The notes under the pieces were generated by a model, which had not been told where the DNA came from, did no database searches, and saw only the letters and a list, made by a program, of their open reading frames with translations. A stretch of DNA of 35,523 nt from IMG/VR virus record IMGVR_UViG_3300045988_056051, positions 1-35,523 of that record, one strand, 5' to 3'. The stretch is from a virus. Shown here one piece after another: positions 1 through 7,693 of this stretch; positions within the stretch are counted from its first letter, which is position 1, and every line of letters begins with the position of its first letter. Both the position numbers and the translations under genes were made by a program.

Positions 1-119
1 ATGCTGTCGTTGACCAAGGCGGCGTGACGGGGGCTACTGGCGGCGGCAAGCCGCACAACAACCTTCCTCCATATCTGGTCGTGTTCATGTGGAAGCGGGT
101 AAGCTAAGCACAAAAAAGG
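1..119. repeat. Terminal direct repeat, copy 1 (identical to 35405-35523); most likely the assembly overlap of a circularly closed genome
   Basis: Read directly: bases 1-119 (atgctgtcgttgaccaagg...gcacaaaaaagg) recur exactly at 35405-35523. This copy carries the last 107 nt (stop taa 105-107) of the CDS that ends at 35511. Confidence 0.9.
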
Positions 120-143
120 CGGGTAGCACTACGCTATCCGCCT
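117..143 (+). terminator. Weak hairpin downstream of the receptor-binding protein gene
   Basis: AGGCGG (117-122) pairs with CCGCCT (138-143) across a 15-nt loop. It is preceded by an A-run and followed by atgtttgtc, which is only a poor U-tract. Confidence 0.3.
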
Positions 144-160
144 ATGTTTGTCTATATTCT

Positions 161-216
161 CTGTCTGTTTATCATCGCGTTCCCTATAAATCTGGCACAA
201 GATGATAAACATTTAG
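161..216. other. Candidate attP core for the adjacent serine integrase
   Basis: Perfect 10-bp inverted repeat gtttatcatc (167-176) / gatgataaac (201-210) flanks a 24-bp AT-rich spacer. The total is about 45-55 bp, the usual size and symmetry of large-serine-recombinase attP sites. It lies directly at the 3' end of int in the only sizeable non-coding gap at the int/tail-gene junction. Confidence 0.4.
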
Positions 217-1691
217 ATTCTGAGAGTTACGCGCAGGCGTGGGTTCAATCCCGTGCCGCGCTCGGTCTTTTCATATTCTATTCGTTCCGCCATGCCTTTC
301 AGCAGGCGGTTGCGGTCTTCACTGTCGAGTGTCCAGTATTCGTCCAATGCCTTTGATAGTACCGGGATTCGTTTCAGGTCGTGTTCCGGTTCGGAGTCCT
401 GGAGGGTTTCGAGCCGTGCGAGTAGTTCCGCCTTTTCCGCGTTGACCTTTTGCACCCTTTGCAGGTATGTGGTTCTATCGTATATGCCTGTTTCGTAGGC
501 TTCGCAGGCGCGTTCGAGCATTTTCTGCCGTTTGTCTATCTCTGCCTCTAGGACTTGCAGTTCGTTGGTGTTGTCATTCGCTTTTGTTTCGTATCCCGCC
601 CACACGTAGGTCAGGCGTTCCAATTCAGCTTGTATGGCGTCCACCGTCAGCCGTTCCACTATGTCGAGTTTCGTGCTTTTGGTCGCGCAGCCGAAAGTCT
701 TGCATATGAGGTATTCGGCTTGCGCGCCGTTGGTGCGTTGCATGGTCTTGCCGCATTGAGAGCACGCGACCAACGATGCGAGCGGGTTGCGGTTGGTGTG
801 CGCGTGGCGCGTGCGCGTCTCCATCGTCTTCAGTCGCGCGGAGCATTGGTCGAACGTGTCTGCGCTGACTATCGGCTCGTGTCGGCCTTGCACGTACTCC
901 ATACCACCGTTTCGAACATATGTCTCCTTTATCTCGCCGTCGATTATCCGGCGGTTTTTTATTTTCCGTTTGGTTTGCAACTCACCGAGGTATGTTCGGT
1001 TTCGTAGTATTTCGCCGATTCTCGTTCGTGTGAATTCGTTCCCCGTGCGTTGCCTTACGCCCGAAGCTTGCAGTTCGCGGAGTATGTCGTTGATTTTTGC
1101 GCCTTCTGCGTATCGGTCGAATATGAGGCGCACGACTTGCGCCTCGCTAGGGTCAGGGCATAACGTCCACCCTTTTCCGTCCTTGCGTTTCCCGTAGCCG
1201 TATGGCGGTGTGCTGCCGATGAAATACCCGTCTTTTTGCGCTTGCAGTCGGCCGCGCAGTAGGCGGCGTTTAATCATCTTGTATTCGCGTCTCGACATGA
1301 ACAACCCGAATTCGAAGAATTCCTCGTCGAATTCATCGTCGCCCGCAAGGTCGTAAACCTTGTTCAGGGTGATTATTTTCGTGCCGCTGAATTGGAATGT
1401 TCGGAGTATGCGTGCTTGGTCCTCCCCGTTTCCACGGCTGAGGCGTTCGAGTTCGACGCATAGGACGCCGGTATACAGTCCCATCTCCACGGCCTTCAGC
1501 AGGCGTTGCATTTGAGGGCGCGCGTCTATGCTCTCTCCCGATACGATTTCTCTGTATATGTGTCTTTCGTCTATGTGTATTCCCATGTTCGCGGCCATGT
1601 CGCGGAGCATGGTTTCGTGTTTGCTTAGCGTGTTCTCTATCCCTGCTTCTTCATCTATGCGGGATTTCCTTAAGTACATCGCGTATGCCAT
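213..1691 (-). CDS. int: Large serine recombinase (phage integrase)
   Basis: 492 aa. N-terminal resolvase-type catalytic domain (MAYAMYLRKSRIDEE... with the catalytic Ser in RKS, then VLCVELERLSRGN). A recombinase domain follows, then a zinc-ribbon (CSQCGKTMQR...CKTFGC) and a C-terminal coiled coil. Confidence 0.93.
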   Translation of the reverse strand: MAYAMYLRKSRIDEEAGIENTLSKHETMLRDMAANMGIHIDERHIYREIVSGESIDARPQMQRLLKAVEMGLYTGVLCVELERLSRGNGEDQARILRTFQFSGTKIITLNKVYDLAGDDEFDEEFFEFGLFMSRREYKMIKRRLLRGRLQAQKDGYFIGSTPPYGYGKRKDGKGWTLCPDPSEAQVVRLIFDRYAEGAKINDILRELQASGVRQRTGNEFTRTRIGEILRNRTYLGELQTKRKIKNRRIIDGEIKETYVRNGGMEYVQGRHEPIVSADTFDQCSARLKTMETRTRHAHTNRNPLASLVACSQCGKTMQRTNGAQAEYLICKTFGCATKSTKLDIVERLTVDAIQAELERLTYVWAGYETKANDNTNELQVLEAEIDKRQKMLERACEAYETGIYDRTTYLQRVQKVNAEKAELLARLETLQDSEPEHDLKRIPVLSKALDEYWTLDSEDRNRLLKGMAERIEYEKTERGTGLNPRLRVTLRI

Positions 1692-1697
1692 GCATAT

Positions 1698-1997
1698 CTA
1701 GTCCTTTCGTCGGTGTAGTAAAAATTGTGCAAATAGTTGTATTTCTTCAAGTTCTTTGTCGGTGTAAATCCGGTTTGAAAAAGTTATCTCCCGTTGTGGC
1801 GTGCCGTGCACTAATTCCTCAATCGTTACACCGAAATACTCAGATAATTTAAGCAATGTCGGCAAGCTGATATTTTCGGCGCTCCGGTTGAACCATGAAT
1901 TTACCGCCGATGGGCTGATGCCGCAGTCTGCCGCCATCTTTCGACGTGATACGCCTTTTGCGCTCATAAGTGCGCGAAGATTGTCGCAAAATGCCAT
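1698..1997 (-). CDS. XRE/cI-like HTH repressor
   Basis: ORF 1698..2042 trimmed to the ATG at 1997, which has a GGGGG SD 9 nt upstream on the - strand. HTH motif: SRRKMAADCGISPSAVNSWFNR. It lies 6 nt upstream of int, is co-oriented with it, and is divergent from the cro-like gene. Confidence 0.85.
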   Translation of the reverse strand: MAFCDNLRALMSAKGVSRRKMAADCGISPSAVNSWFNRSAENISLPTLLKLSEYFGVTIEELVHGTPQREITFSNRIYTDKELEEIQLFAQFLLHRRKD

Positions 1998-2053
1998 GTC
2001 GTAAAACCCCCTTTCGTGTCGAAACGTCATCGTTCCGTGCATTTCGCCTCTTT

Positions 2054-2082
2054 AATATATCATGTGCGATTTGCAATGTAAA
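2054..2082 (-). promoter_or_regulatory. Candidate leftward promoter for the repressor-integrase operon
   Basis: On the - strand: TTTACA (rc of 2077-2082), a 17-nt spacer, then TATATT (rc of 2054-2059), upstream of the repressor SD/ATG. Confidence 0.45.
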
Positions 2083-2146
2083 CACAATCGTGCGCAAAAT
2101 TGATAGAAATTTTTGCAAATCTGACTAAATTGTGTTGCAATTTGAA
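2071..2146. promoter_or_regulatory. Operator-like repeats in the cI/cro divergent region
   Basis: Three direct repeats about 21-22 bp apart: tgcgcaaaattga (2091-2103), tttgcaaatctga (2112-2124) and gttgcaatttgaa (2134-2146). There is an extra TTGCAA at 2071-2076 and an inverted pair ACACAAT (2083-2089) / ATTGTGT (2129-2135). The repeats overlap both candidate promoters. Confidence 0.5.
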
Positions 2147-2163
2147 ATTTATGGGTGTATAGT
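2135..2163 (+). promoter_or_regulatory. Candidate rightward early promoter (cro side)
   Basis: -35 TTGCAA (2135-2140), 17-nt spacer, -10 TATAGT (2158-2163). It is about 60 nt upstream of the cro-like start. Confidence 0.55.
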
Positions 2164-2224
2164 GGAGCCATACGAGATGCACACGAATGTGCGCATCGTG
2201 AACACATATGAGGAGGTGCAATGT

Positions 2225-2446
2225 ATGTATCGCAATCTGAAAGCGGAGATAGCTCGCGCAGGCATGACCACTTGCGAGTGTGCGGAAGCCGCAGGAGTAA
2301 GCCTTGGGACTTTCTACAGGCTGCTAAATGGCTCCAGCGAGTGGAGGCTTGACGAAATGCTCAAGCTGTCACAGGCAATCGCCATGAAAAACGGCCACGC
2401 CGGCTTGGACTATCTCTTCGGGGGTGATTCGGACGGAACGACATAA
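2225..2446 (+). CDS. Cro-like small HTH regulator
   Basis: ORF 2132..2446 trimmed to the ATG at 2225, which has a GAGGAGG SD (2210-2216). 73 aa. HTH motif: MTTCECAEAAGVSLGTFYRLLNG. Divergent from the repressor. Confidence 0.8.
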   Translation: MYRNLKAEIARAGMTTCECAEAAGVSLGTFYRLLNGSSEWRLDEMLKLSQAIAMKNGHAGLDYLFGGDSDGTT

Positions 2447-2465
2447 ACCCACTAAGGAGCATCTG

Positions 2466-2573
2466 GTGGCACTCTATGACCTGATAAACGAGCTACTGCC
2501 TGATGCGCCAGTCTACTACACCGACGAAGAATTGAAAGAACTAACCAATAAGGAGGGAATCGAACTGTTATGA
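2466..2573 (+). CDS. Possible 35-aa small protein, translationally coupled to the next gene
   Basis: GTG at 2466 lies 6 nt after AAGGAG (2454-2459). The frame is open to a TGA at 2571-2573 that overlaps the ATG at 2570 (ATGA). Peptide: (M)ALYDLINELLPDAPVYYTDEELKELTNKEGIELL. It is too short for the ORF track. Confidence 0.3.
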   Translation: MALYDLINELLPDAPVYYTDEELKELTNKEGIELL

Positions 2574-3052
2574 GTATGAGCATTTACGACATCGATGGCG
2601 CAATCATCAAGCTGGTTGACGCGGACACCGGCGAGATTACCGACGAAGAGTCCTTCGACGCTTTGCAGATGGAGCGCTCGAAGAAGATTGAGAACACGGG
2701 CCTTTATTACAAGAACCTCGTTGCCGAGGCGAAGGCAATCAAGGACGAGGAAAAGGTGCTTTCCGAGCGCCGCAAGGCAGTGGAGAACAAGGCCGAGCGC
2801 ATCAAGAACCTTCTCGTTTACGCGCTGAAGGGCCAGAAGTTCGAATCTCCAAGGCTCCGTTGCAGCTACCGCAAAGCCAAGAGCGTTCAGGTCGATGATT
2901 CTTTCGTCGCATGGGCGCGCGAGAACGCCTGCGATTTGCTGACCTTCAAGGAACCTACGCCCGACCGCACGGCAATCAAGGCGGCTCTTGCCGACGGGCG
3001 CGAAATCGAGCACGCCGAAATCGTCACCAACGAGAGCCTTCAGGTGAAGTGA
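2570..3052 (+). CDS. Siphovirus Gp157-like protein (recombination-module accessory, coiled coil)
   Basis: 160 aa. N-terminal IYDIDGAIIKLVD...EESFDALQMERSKKIENTGLYYKNL plus a coiled-coil pattern, sitting directly upstream of the annealase. This matches the Gp157-family arrangement as I recall it. Confidence 0.6.
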   Translation: MSMSIYDIDGAIIKLVDADTGEITDEESFDALQMERSKKIENTGLYYKNLVAEAKAIKDEEKVLSERRKAVENKAERIKNLLVYALKGQKFESPRLRCSYRKAKSVQVDDSFVAWARENACDLLTFKEPTPDRTAIKAALADGREIEHAEIVTNESLQVK

Positions 3053-3053
3053 C

Positions 3054-3560
3054 ATGCGCGAGCTGAGGGCAGACGAAATCGAGGTGCGCGTGGCGCAATG
3101 CAGCCAGAAGGGCGTGGCTCTTCTTCTTTATAAGGACAGCCGCTGCGACATGCGCATCCTCGACGAGACTTTCGGCATGACGGGGTGGCGCGACAGCTAC
3201 CAGAGCATCAACGGCGAGCTGTTCTGCACAATCGAAATCTGGGACGCGGAAAAATCCCAGTGGATTGCCAAGCAGTCGAACGGCACGCCTTCCAACATGG
3301 AAGCCGAGAAGGGGCGCGCCTCGGACGCATTCAAGCGTGCCGGTTTCATGCTGGGAATAGGGCGCGAGCTTTACACAGCGCCTTTCATCTGGGTTCCCGC
3401 CGATAAGTGCAACATCAAGCAGGGGAAGAACGGCCGCTTTCAATGCTATGACAATTTCCGCTGCGAGAAGGTCAGAATCGAGAGCGGCCAGATTACCGGG
3501 CTGAGCATCTACAACGATACGAAGGGTTGCAGGGCATACGTCTTCGCAACCGGCAAATAG
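3054..3560 (+). CDS. Rad52/Sak-family single-strand annealing protein
   Basis: 168 aa. Motifs: YKDSRCDMRILDETFGMTGW and EKGRASDAFKRAGFMLGIGRELY, characteristic of the Rad52/22 family. Confidence 0.85.
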   Translation: MRELRADEIEVRVAQCSQKGVALLLYKDSRCDMRILDETFGMTGWRDSYQSINGELFCTIEIWDAEKSQWIAKQSNGTPSNMEAEKGRASDAFKRAGFMLGIGRELYTAPFIWVPADKCNIKQGKNGRFQCYDNFRCEKVRIESGQITGLSIYNDTKGCRAYVFATGK

Positions 3561-3569
3561 AGAGGAACG

Positions 3570-3815
3570 ATGAAAATGGAGTACAACATGGTACAAATCG
3601 CGACCGCAGAATACAAGAATCTGCTGAAGGCGAAGTTCGACCTTGAGATGGCCAAGGACGTCCTGCTCAACAGGGCGGGCACCGATTGGTCGGGGAAATA
3701 TCTCACATGGAACGATGAGACCACCAGCGCCGTTTTCCGCCACATCATGGGGGACGCATACGACAAGAAGCTCGAAGAGCTGAACGGCAAGGGGGCGTCT
3801 ACTAATGAGCGTTAA
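3570..3815 (+). CDS. Hypothetical protein
   Basis: 81-aa ORF with a GAGAGG SD 5 nt upstream, overlapping the ssb start by 11 nt. GC-rich third codon positions match the neighbouring genes. Confidence 0.7.
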   Translation: MKMEYNMVQIATAEYKNLLKAKFDLEMAKDVLLNRAGTDWSGKYLTWNDETTSAVFRHIMGDAYDKKLEELNGKGASTNER

Positions 3816-4248
3816 TCATGTTGCATTAGTAGGAAATTTGACGAGGTCACCAGAGCTTCGCAGCACGGCAAGCGGCACGCCTGTGCTGAGCTTCGGCATC
3901 GCTGTGAATGACCGGCGCAAGAACGCTTCGGGGCAATGGGAGGACGTTCCCAACTTCTTCGAGTGCGTAACCTTTGGAAACCGCGCCACGGCGCTGAGCG
4001 ACATCCTTACGAAGGGCATGAAGGTCGCAATCGCGGGCAAGCTCCACTATTCGAGCTGGGAGAAGGACGGCCAGAAGCATTCCAAGGTCGATATCATCGC
4101 GCAGGAAATCGAGCTAATGCAGAACCGCAAGCCGCAGCAGGACTATCAGCCGCAGCAGCAGGCGCAGCCCGAGCCGCAGTGGAACGCCCGGCAGGCCTAC
4201 GCCGAGGCCCCGCAGCCCGAGTTCTGCGACGAGGATTTGCCTTTTTAA
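3805..4248 (+). CDS. ssb: Single-stranded DNA-binding protein
   Basis: 147 aa. OB-fold N-terminus (VALVGNLTRSPELR...), a Gln/Pro-rich linker, and the canonical acidic tail DEDLPF. Confidence 0.95.
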   Translation: MSVNHVALVGNLTRSPELRSTASGTPVLSFGIAVNDRRKNASGQWEDVPNFFECVTFGNRATALSDILTKGMKVAIAGKLHYSSWEKDGQKHSKVDIIAQEIELMQNRKPQQDYQPQQQAQPEPQWNARQAYAEAPQPEFCDEDLPF

Positions 4249-4339
4249 AGACTGAAACGGGGCGGGGTGCTCTGAAGCATTCCGCCCACTCGCCTATGTA
4301 GTGGTACATAAAGAGTCTAATCAGGGAGGACGCGGAAAG

Positions 4340-4648
4340 ATGTTCGCAGTAATGTATGAGCCAGAACGCATGAACAGAGGCCTTGTAGAGGGCGGTGTAA
4401 CGCACGCGGTAAACGTAGACCGCATAGAGGACATTTACTTCTGGGGAGACATGGCGCGTGTTTGCCTTGTTTCGGGCGCGCAGTTCAACGTAACAAGGGC
4501 GGATGCGATTGCCATTCTGGATGTGCTCGACAATTGCCGCGGCGGCGCTTCAAAGGCGATTGCCGAGACGGAGGACGCTGGCAGGAGCCACGAGAGCGCG
4601 ATGAGCGACGTTGCAAATCTGAAGGGGGTGACGCGGGATGATTGGTAG
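4340..4648 (+). CDS. Hypothetical protein
   Basis: ORF 4301..4648 trimmed to the ATG at 4340, which has a GGGAGG SD. No motif recognised. Confidence 0.65.
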   Translation: MFAVMYEPERMNRGLVEGGVTHAVNVDRIEDIYFWGDMARVCLVSGAQFNVTRADAIAILDVLDNCRGGASKAIAETEDAGRSHESAMSDVANLKGVTRDDW

Positions 4649-5102
4649 CACGATTGGAACAGCCGAGGAGATAATCCATTGGCTTTTCGAGCAGCCGAAG
4701 GGCGAGCAGCTTTATGAAATCAAGGAGCGCAAGCGCAAGCGCACGCTGACACAGAACGCCTACTATTGGTCGATGGTCAACCAGCTCGGCAGGGTCTTGA
4801 GGATACCGACTTCAGAGCTTCATTTCCGCATGCTGAGGGAGCACGCGCCTTTCGAGGTCGTGAGCGTGCGTTCCGACATCGACGTGTCCGGCTACTTTCG
4901 CTATTACGAGGAAATCGGAACGGGATTCGCTGGCGGGCGCGAGTTCACCCATTACCGCGTCTACAAGGGTTCCTCGCACATGGATTCGGCGGAGTTCTCG
5001 CGCCTTATCGACGGGGCGCGGGAGGAATGCGAGGCGCAGGGCATCCCGGTTCTCACCCGCGAGGAAATCGCACGGCTGAGGTACGTGGATGGCGAGGGAT
5101 GA
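4638..5102 (+). CDS. ninB: NinB/Orf-like recombination mediator
   Basis: 154 aa. ERKRKRTLTQNAYYWSMVNQLGR parallels lambda NinB ERNRSLDQNRKLWACLGDVS. KGSSHMDSAEFSRLIDGAREECEAQGIPV parallels QSTSRMRVGEFAELLELIQAFGTERGV. Confidence 0.75.
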   Translation: MIGSTIGTAEEIIHWLFEQPKGEQLYEIKERKRKRTLTQNAYYWSMVNQLGRVLRIPTSELHFRMLREHAPFEVVSVRSDIDVSGYFRYYEEIGTGFAGGREFTHYRVYKGSSHMDSAEFSRLIDGAREECEAQGIPVLTREEIARLRYVDGEG

Positions 5103-5413
5103 AGGAGCACAGCATTCTCGGGTGCGGCGAATGGTACGACGAGCGTCACGGGGTCTTGATTCGCTGGTACGACGAGCGTGAGCCGTGGCTCGTGCGGCAC
5201 GAGGTCTTCCACGGCCCGAACCGCAAGAAGTCAATCGAGCTTGGTCTGTATGTCTTCCTGCCGCCCGAAGCCCACAACATGAGCGACTATGCGGTGCACT
5301 TCAACAGACCGTTCGAGAAGTACCTGCAAGAGGTCTCGCAGCAGAGGGCGATGGAGCACTACGGATGGACAATTGATGAATTTATAAGCATATTCGGGCG
5401 TAACTACGCATAG
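5099..5413 (+). CDS. Conserved phage protein with a degenerate HNH/zinc-finger-like core (function unknown)
   Basis: The real part of ORF 4766..5413 starts at the ATG at 5099, overlapping the ninB stop. Motif: RHEVFHGPNRKKSIELGLYVFLPPEAHN...FGRNY. It resembles small Firmicutes-phage proteins of the form C..C...RHHIFGG.NRK.SE.yGL...LC..CH, but the Cys ligands are replaced here. Confidence 0.6.
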   Translation: MKEHSILGCGEWYDERHGVLIRWYDEREPWLVRHEVFHGPNRKKSIELGLYVFLPPEAHNMSDYAVHFNRPFEKYLQEVSQQRAMEHYGWTIDEFISIFGRNYA

Positions 5414-5428
5414 AGAGAGGGGGCAACG

Positions 5429-5668
5429 ATGATGAGCCAAAAGAAGATGGTTCTCGACTACATCGGGGAGTTCGGAAGCATCACGCCGCTGGACGCATTC
5501 AAGGACTTGGGGGTCACAAGGCTCGCGGCGGTCATCTTCGAGCTTAAGGAGGACGGCCACGACATACACACGGAGCGGGAGCGTAGCAAGAACCGCTTCG
5601 GACAGCCCACAAGGTACGCACGCTACAGCTTCGGGAAGGGTGAAGGCAATGGCAGCACGGGGAAGTAA
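5429..5668 (+). CDS. Winged-helix DNA-binding protein (HTH_39-like)
   Basis: 79 aa. KKMVLDYIGEFGSITPLDAFKDLGVTRLAAVIFELKEDGHDIHT...YARY fits the small phage wHTH pattern. Confidence 0.65.
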   Translation: MMSQKKMVLDYIGEFGSITPLDAFKDLGVTRLAAVIFELKEDGHDIHTERERSKNRFGQPTRYARYSFGKGEGNGSTGK

Positions 5669-5984
5669 GTACCACGCTAAAAAGACCGAGATAGACGGCA
5701 TCGAGTTCGACAGCGCCAAGGAAGCCAAGCGGTATACCAAGCTCAGAGATATGGCGGAAGCGGGCGTGATTCAGGACTTGCGCCTTCAGGTTCCGTTCGA
5801 GCTTTTGCCGAGCTTCGAATGCGAAGGAGTGAAATACCGTGGCATGAAGTACGTCGCGGACTTCGTTTACCATCGCGGCGGCAAGGTTGTCGTGGAAGAC
5901 TGCAAGGGATTCAAGACAGCCGAGTACAAGATGAAGAAGAAGCTCATGGCGTACCTAAATCACATCAACATCGAGGAGTCTTGA
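5649..5984 (+). CDS. DUF1064-like PD-(D/E)XK-fold nuclease (putative junction/recombination nuclease)
   Basis: ORF 5640..5984 (GTG); the ATG at 5649 is preferred. Motifs: KYHAKKTEIDGIEFDSAKEAKRY and YVADFVY...VVVEDCKG (D...E/D-x-K). Confidence 0.7.
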   Translation: MAARGSKYHAKKTEIDGIEFDSAKEAKRYTKLRDMAEAGVIQDLRLQVPFELLPSFECEGVKYRGMKYVADFVYHRGGKVVVEDCKGFKTAEYKMKKKLMAYLNHINIEES

Positions 5985-6060
5985 TGCTATAATTTAAGAA
6001 CGCGAGGGTAGCGGCCTTGCAATGACATAGTTTTCAAGCCTTCACGGCATGAAAAATAGA

Positions 6061-6100
6061 AAGCCCCACCACAGCCGCTACCTGTGATGGGGCTTTCTCA
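6061..6100 (+). terminator. Hairpin with partial U-tract after the recombination block
   Basis: aagccccaccaca (6061-6073) pairs with tgtgatggggctt (6083-6095) with one mismatch and a 9-nt loop, followed by tctca. Confidence 0.4.
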
Positions 6101-6113
6101 TAGGTGGTGCAAA

Positions 6114-6839
6114 ATGGCATTTTTACGCAAGGAGCACAAGGAAAACTACACGTGCATCAGCAACGACGTTTTCAAGAGCGATTTGTCGCTCAAAGCTCGC
6201 GGGATGCTATGCACGATGCTGTCACTTCCCGACGATTGGGAGTTCAGTGAGAACGGGTTGCAAGCGATACTAAAGGACGGCCAGACTTCGATAAGGTCAG
6301 CAATCAAGGAGCTCGAGGTGGCCGGGTTCCTATCACGCACGAGAGAGCGCGACGAGAGCGGGAGAATGGGTAAATGCGTCTGGATTGTGTGCGATTATCC
6401 ACGCTTTGAAAACCCCAACTTGGTAAATTCCAACTTGGGGAATGGACCCCAATTAAGTACTAAACAACAAAGTACGAATAAACCAACTACTAAAGAATCA
6501 AAGAGAGAGACGCGCCACAAGTACGGAGAGTACCAGAACGTCCTTCTCTCAGACTCAGACGTTGAGAAGCTCAAAGACGAGTTCCCAACGGACTGGGAAG
6601 AGAGAGTCGAAAGGCTCAGCTCCTACATGGCATCAAGTGGTAAGAGCTACAAGAACCACCTAGCAACGATTCGGAACTGGGCACGGCGCGACAGGGACGC
6701 AAATAGGGGCACCGTCTCACGTGAAACATCAAGCGGATTCGACAAGAAGGTAGACGCCGATTACTACTACCAGAGCACCGGCGATGAAGAGGTCGACAAG
6801 GTTCTCGGACTCGGCAAGTACGCGCCGAAGAACGAGTAA
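6114..6839 (+). CDS. Replication initiator / replisome organizer (N-terminal wHTH, DnaD-like C-terminal region)
   Basis: ORF 6084..6839 trimmed to the ATG at 6114 (AGGTGG SD). N-terminus: NYTCISNDVF...LKARGMLCTMLSLPDDWEFSENGL...IRSAIKELEVAGFL. C-terminus: YMASSGKSYKNHLATIRNWARRD. Confidence 0.75.
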   Translation: MAFLRKEHKENYTCISNDVFKSDLSLKARGMLCTMLSLPDDWEFSENGLQAILKDGQTSIRSAIKELEVAGFLSRTRERDESGRMGKCVWIVCDYPRFENPNLVNSNLGNGPQLSTKQQSTNKPTTKESKRETRHKYGEYQNVLLSDSDVEKLKDEFPTDWEERVERLSSYMASSGKSYKNHLATIRNWARRDRDANRGTVSRETSSGFDKKVDADYYYQSTGDEEVDKVLGLGKYAPKNE

Positions 6840-6853
6840 GGAGGATAATCGAT

Positions 6854-7693
6854 ATGGATACAAGCGGAATCATCGAGGGGCTTGCCAAGGCGGCAGTCCA
6901 GAACCATAAACCGCAGGAGGGCGACTACATCAAGGACGGCCTGCTCTACTGCGGGAAGTGCCACACTCCGAAGCAGTGCGAGATTGAGTGCGGCGGCAGG
7001 GTACTCAAGCCGTATTGCATGTGCAGGTGCGAGGTCGAGCGGGAGGAAAGGCTCAAGGAAGAGGACAGGGCACGCGAGAGGATGCAGCGCGTTGACAGGA
7101 TGCGCCGCACAGGCTTCCCAGACTCAGAGATGCGTGACTGGACGTTCGCCAACGATGACGGCAAGGATTCGAAGACGATGGCCGCGATGAAGCGCTACGT
7201 CGAGAAGTTCCCGCAGATGCTGGAGAACGGCACGGGGCTGATGCTCTACGGCAACGTCGGCAGCGGGAAGAGCTTTGCGGCCGCGTGCATAGCGAACGCG
7301 CTCATCGAGAGCGGCACGCCATGCCTCATGACGAACTTCCAGCGCATTGTCAACAAACTGCAAAACGGGTTCGCCGGAAAGCAGGAGTACATCGACAGCC
7401 TTCAGAAATTCGATTTGCTGATTATTGATGATTTTGCTACCGAGCGCAGAACCGAGTACATGACGGAGCAGGTTACGGCAGTCATCGACGCCCGCTATCG
7501 CTCGAAGCTGCCACTGATAGTCACGACCAACATCAACCCCCGCGACCTCATGGGTGCCGATGGGATAGGGGAGCAGCGAATCTACAGCCGCATCATGGAC
7601 ATGTGCGTCCCCGTGGCCTTCAACGGGCAAGACCGCCGACGCTCGGACTACGCTGCGAGGACTGCGGCAGCCAAGGAGCTTCTCGGGCTGTGA
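6854..7693 (+). CDS. DnaC/IstB-like AAA+ helicase loader
   Basis: 279 aa. Walker A is GNVGSGKSF and Walker B is LLIIDDFATE. There is a Cys-rich N-terminus (CGKCHTPKQCEIECGG). AAGGAGG SD. Confidence 0.88.
   Translation: MDTSGIIEGLAKAAVQNHKPQEGDYIKDGLLYCGKCHTPKQCEIECGGRVLKPYCMCRCEVEREERLKEEDRARERMQRVDRMRRTGFPDSEMRDWTFANDDGKDSKTMAAMKRYVEKFPQMLENGTGLMLYGNVGSGKSFAAACIANALIESGTPCLMTNFQRIVNKLQNGFAGKQEYIDSLQKFDLLIIDDFATERRTEYMTEQVTAVIDARYRSKLPLIVTTNINPRDLMGADGIGEQRIYSRIMDMCVPVAFNGQDRRRSDYAARTAAAKELLGL

Noticed and set aside
144-356. 70-aa + strand ORF starting in the int-proximal gap
   Set aside because: It overlaps the 3' end of the integrase gene in antisense and runs through the candidate attP. 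It has no SD.
4766-5098. N-terminal two thirds of the 215-aa ORF 4766..5413
   Set aside because: This part overlaps the NinB-like gene in another frame and is Arg/Gly-rich junk. Only the segment from the ATG at 5099 onward, after the ninB stop, looks like real protein.
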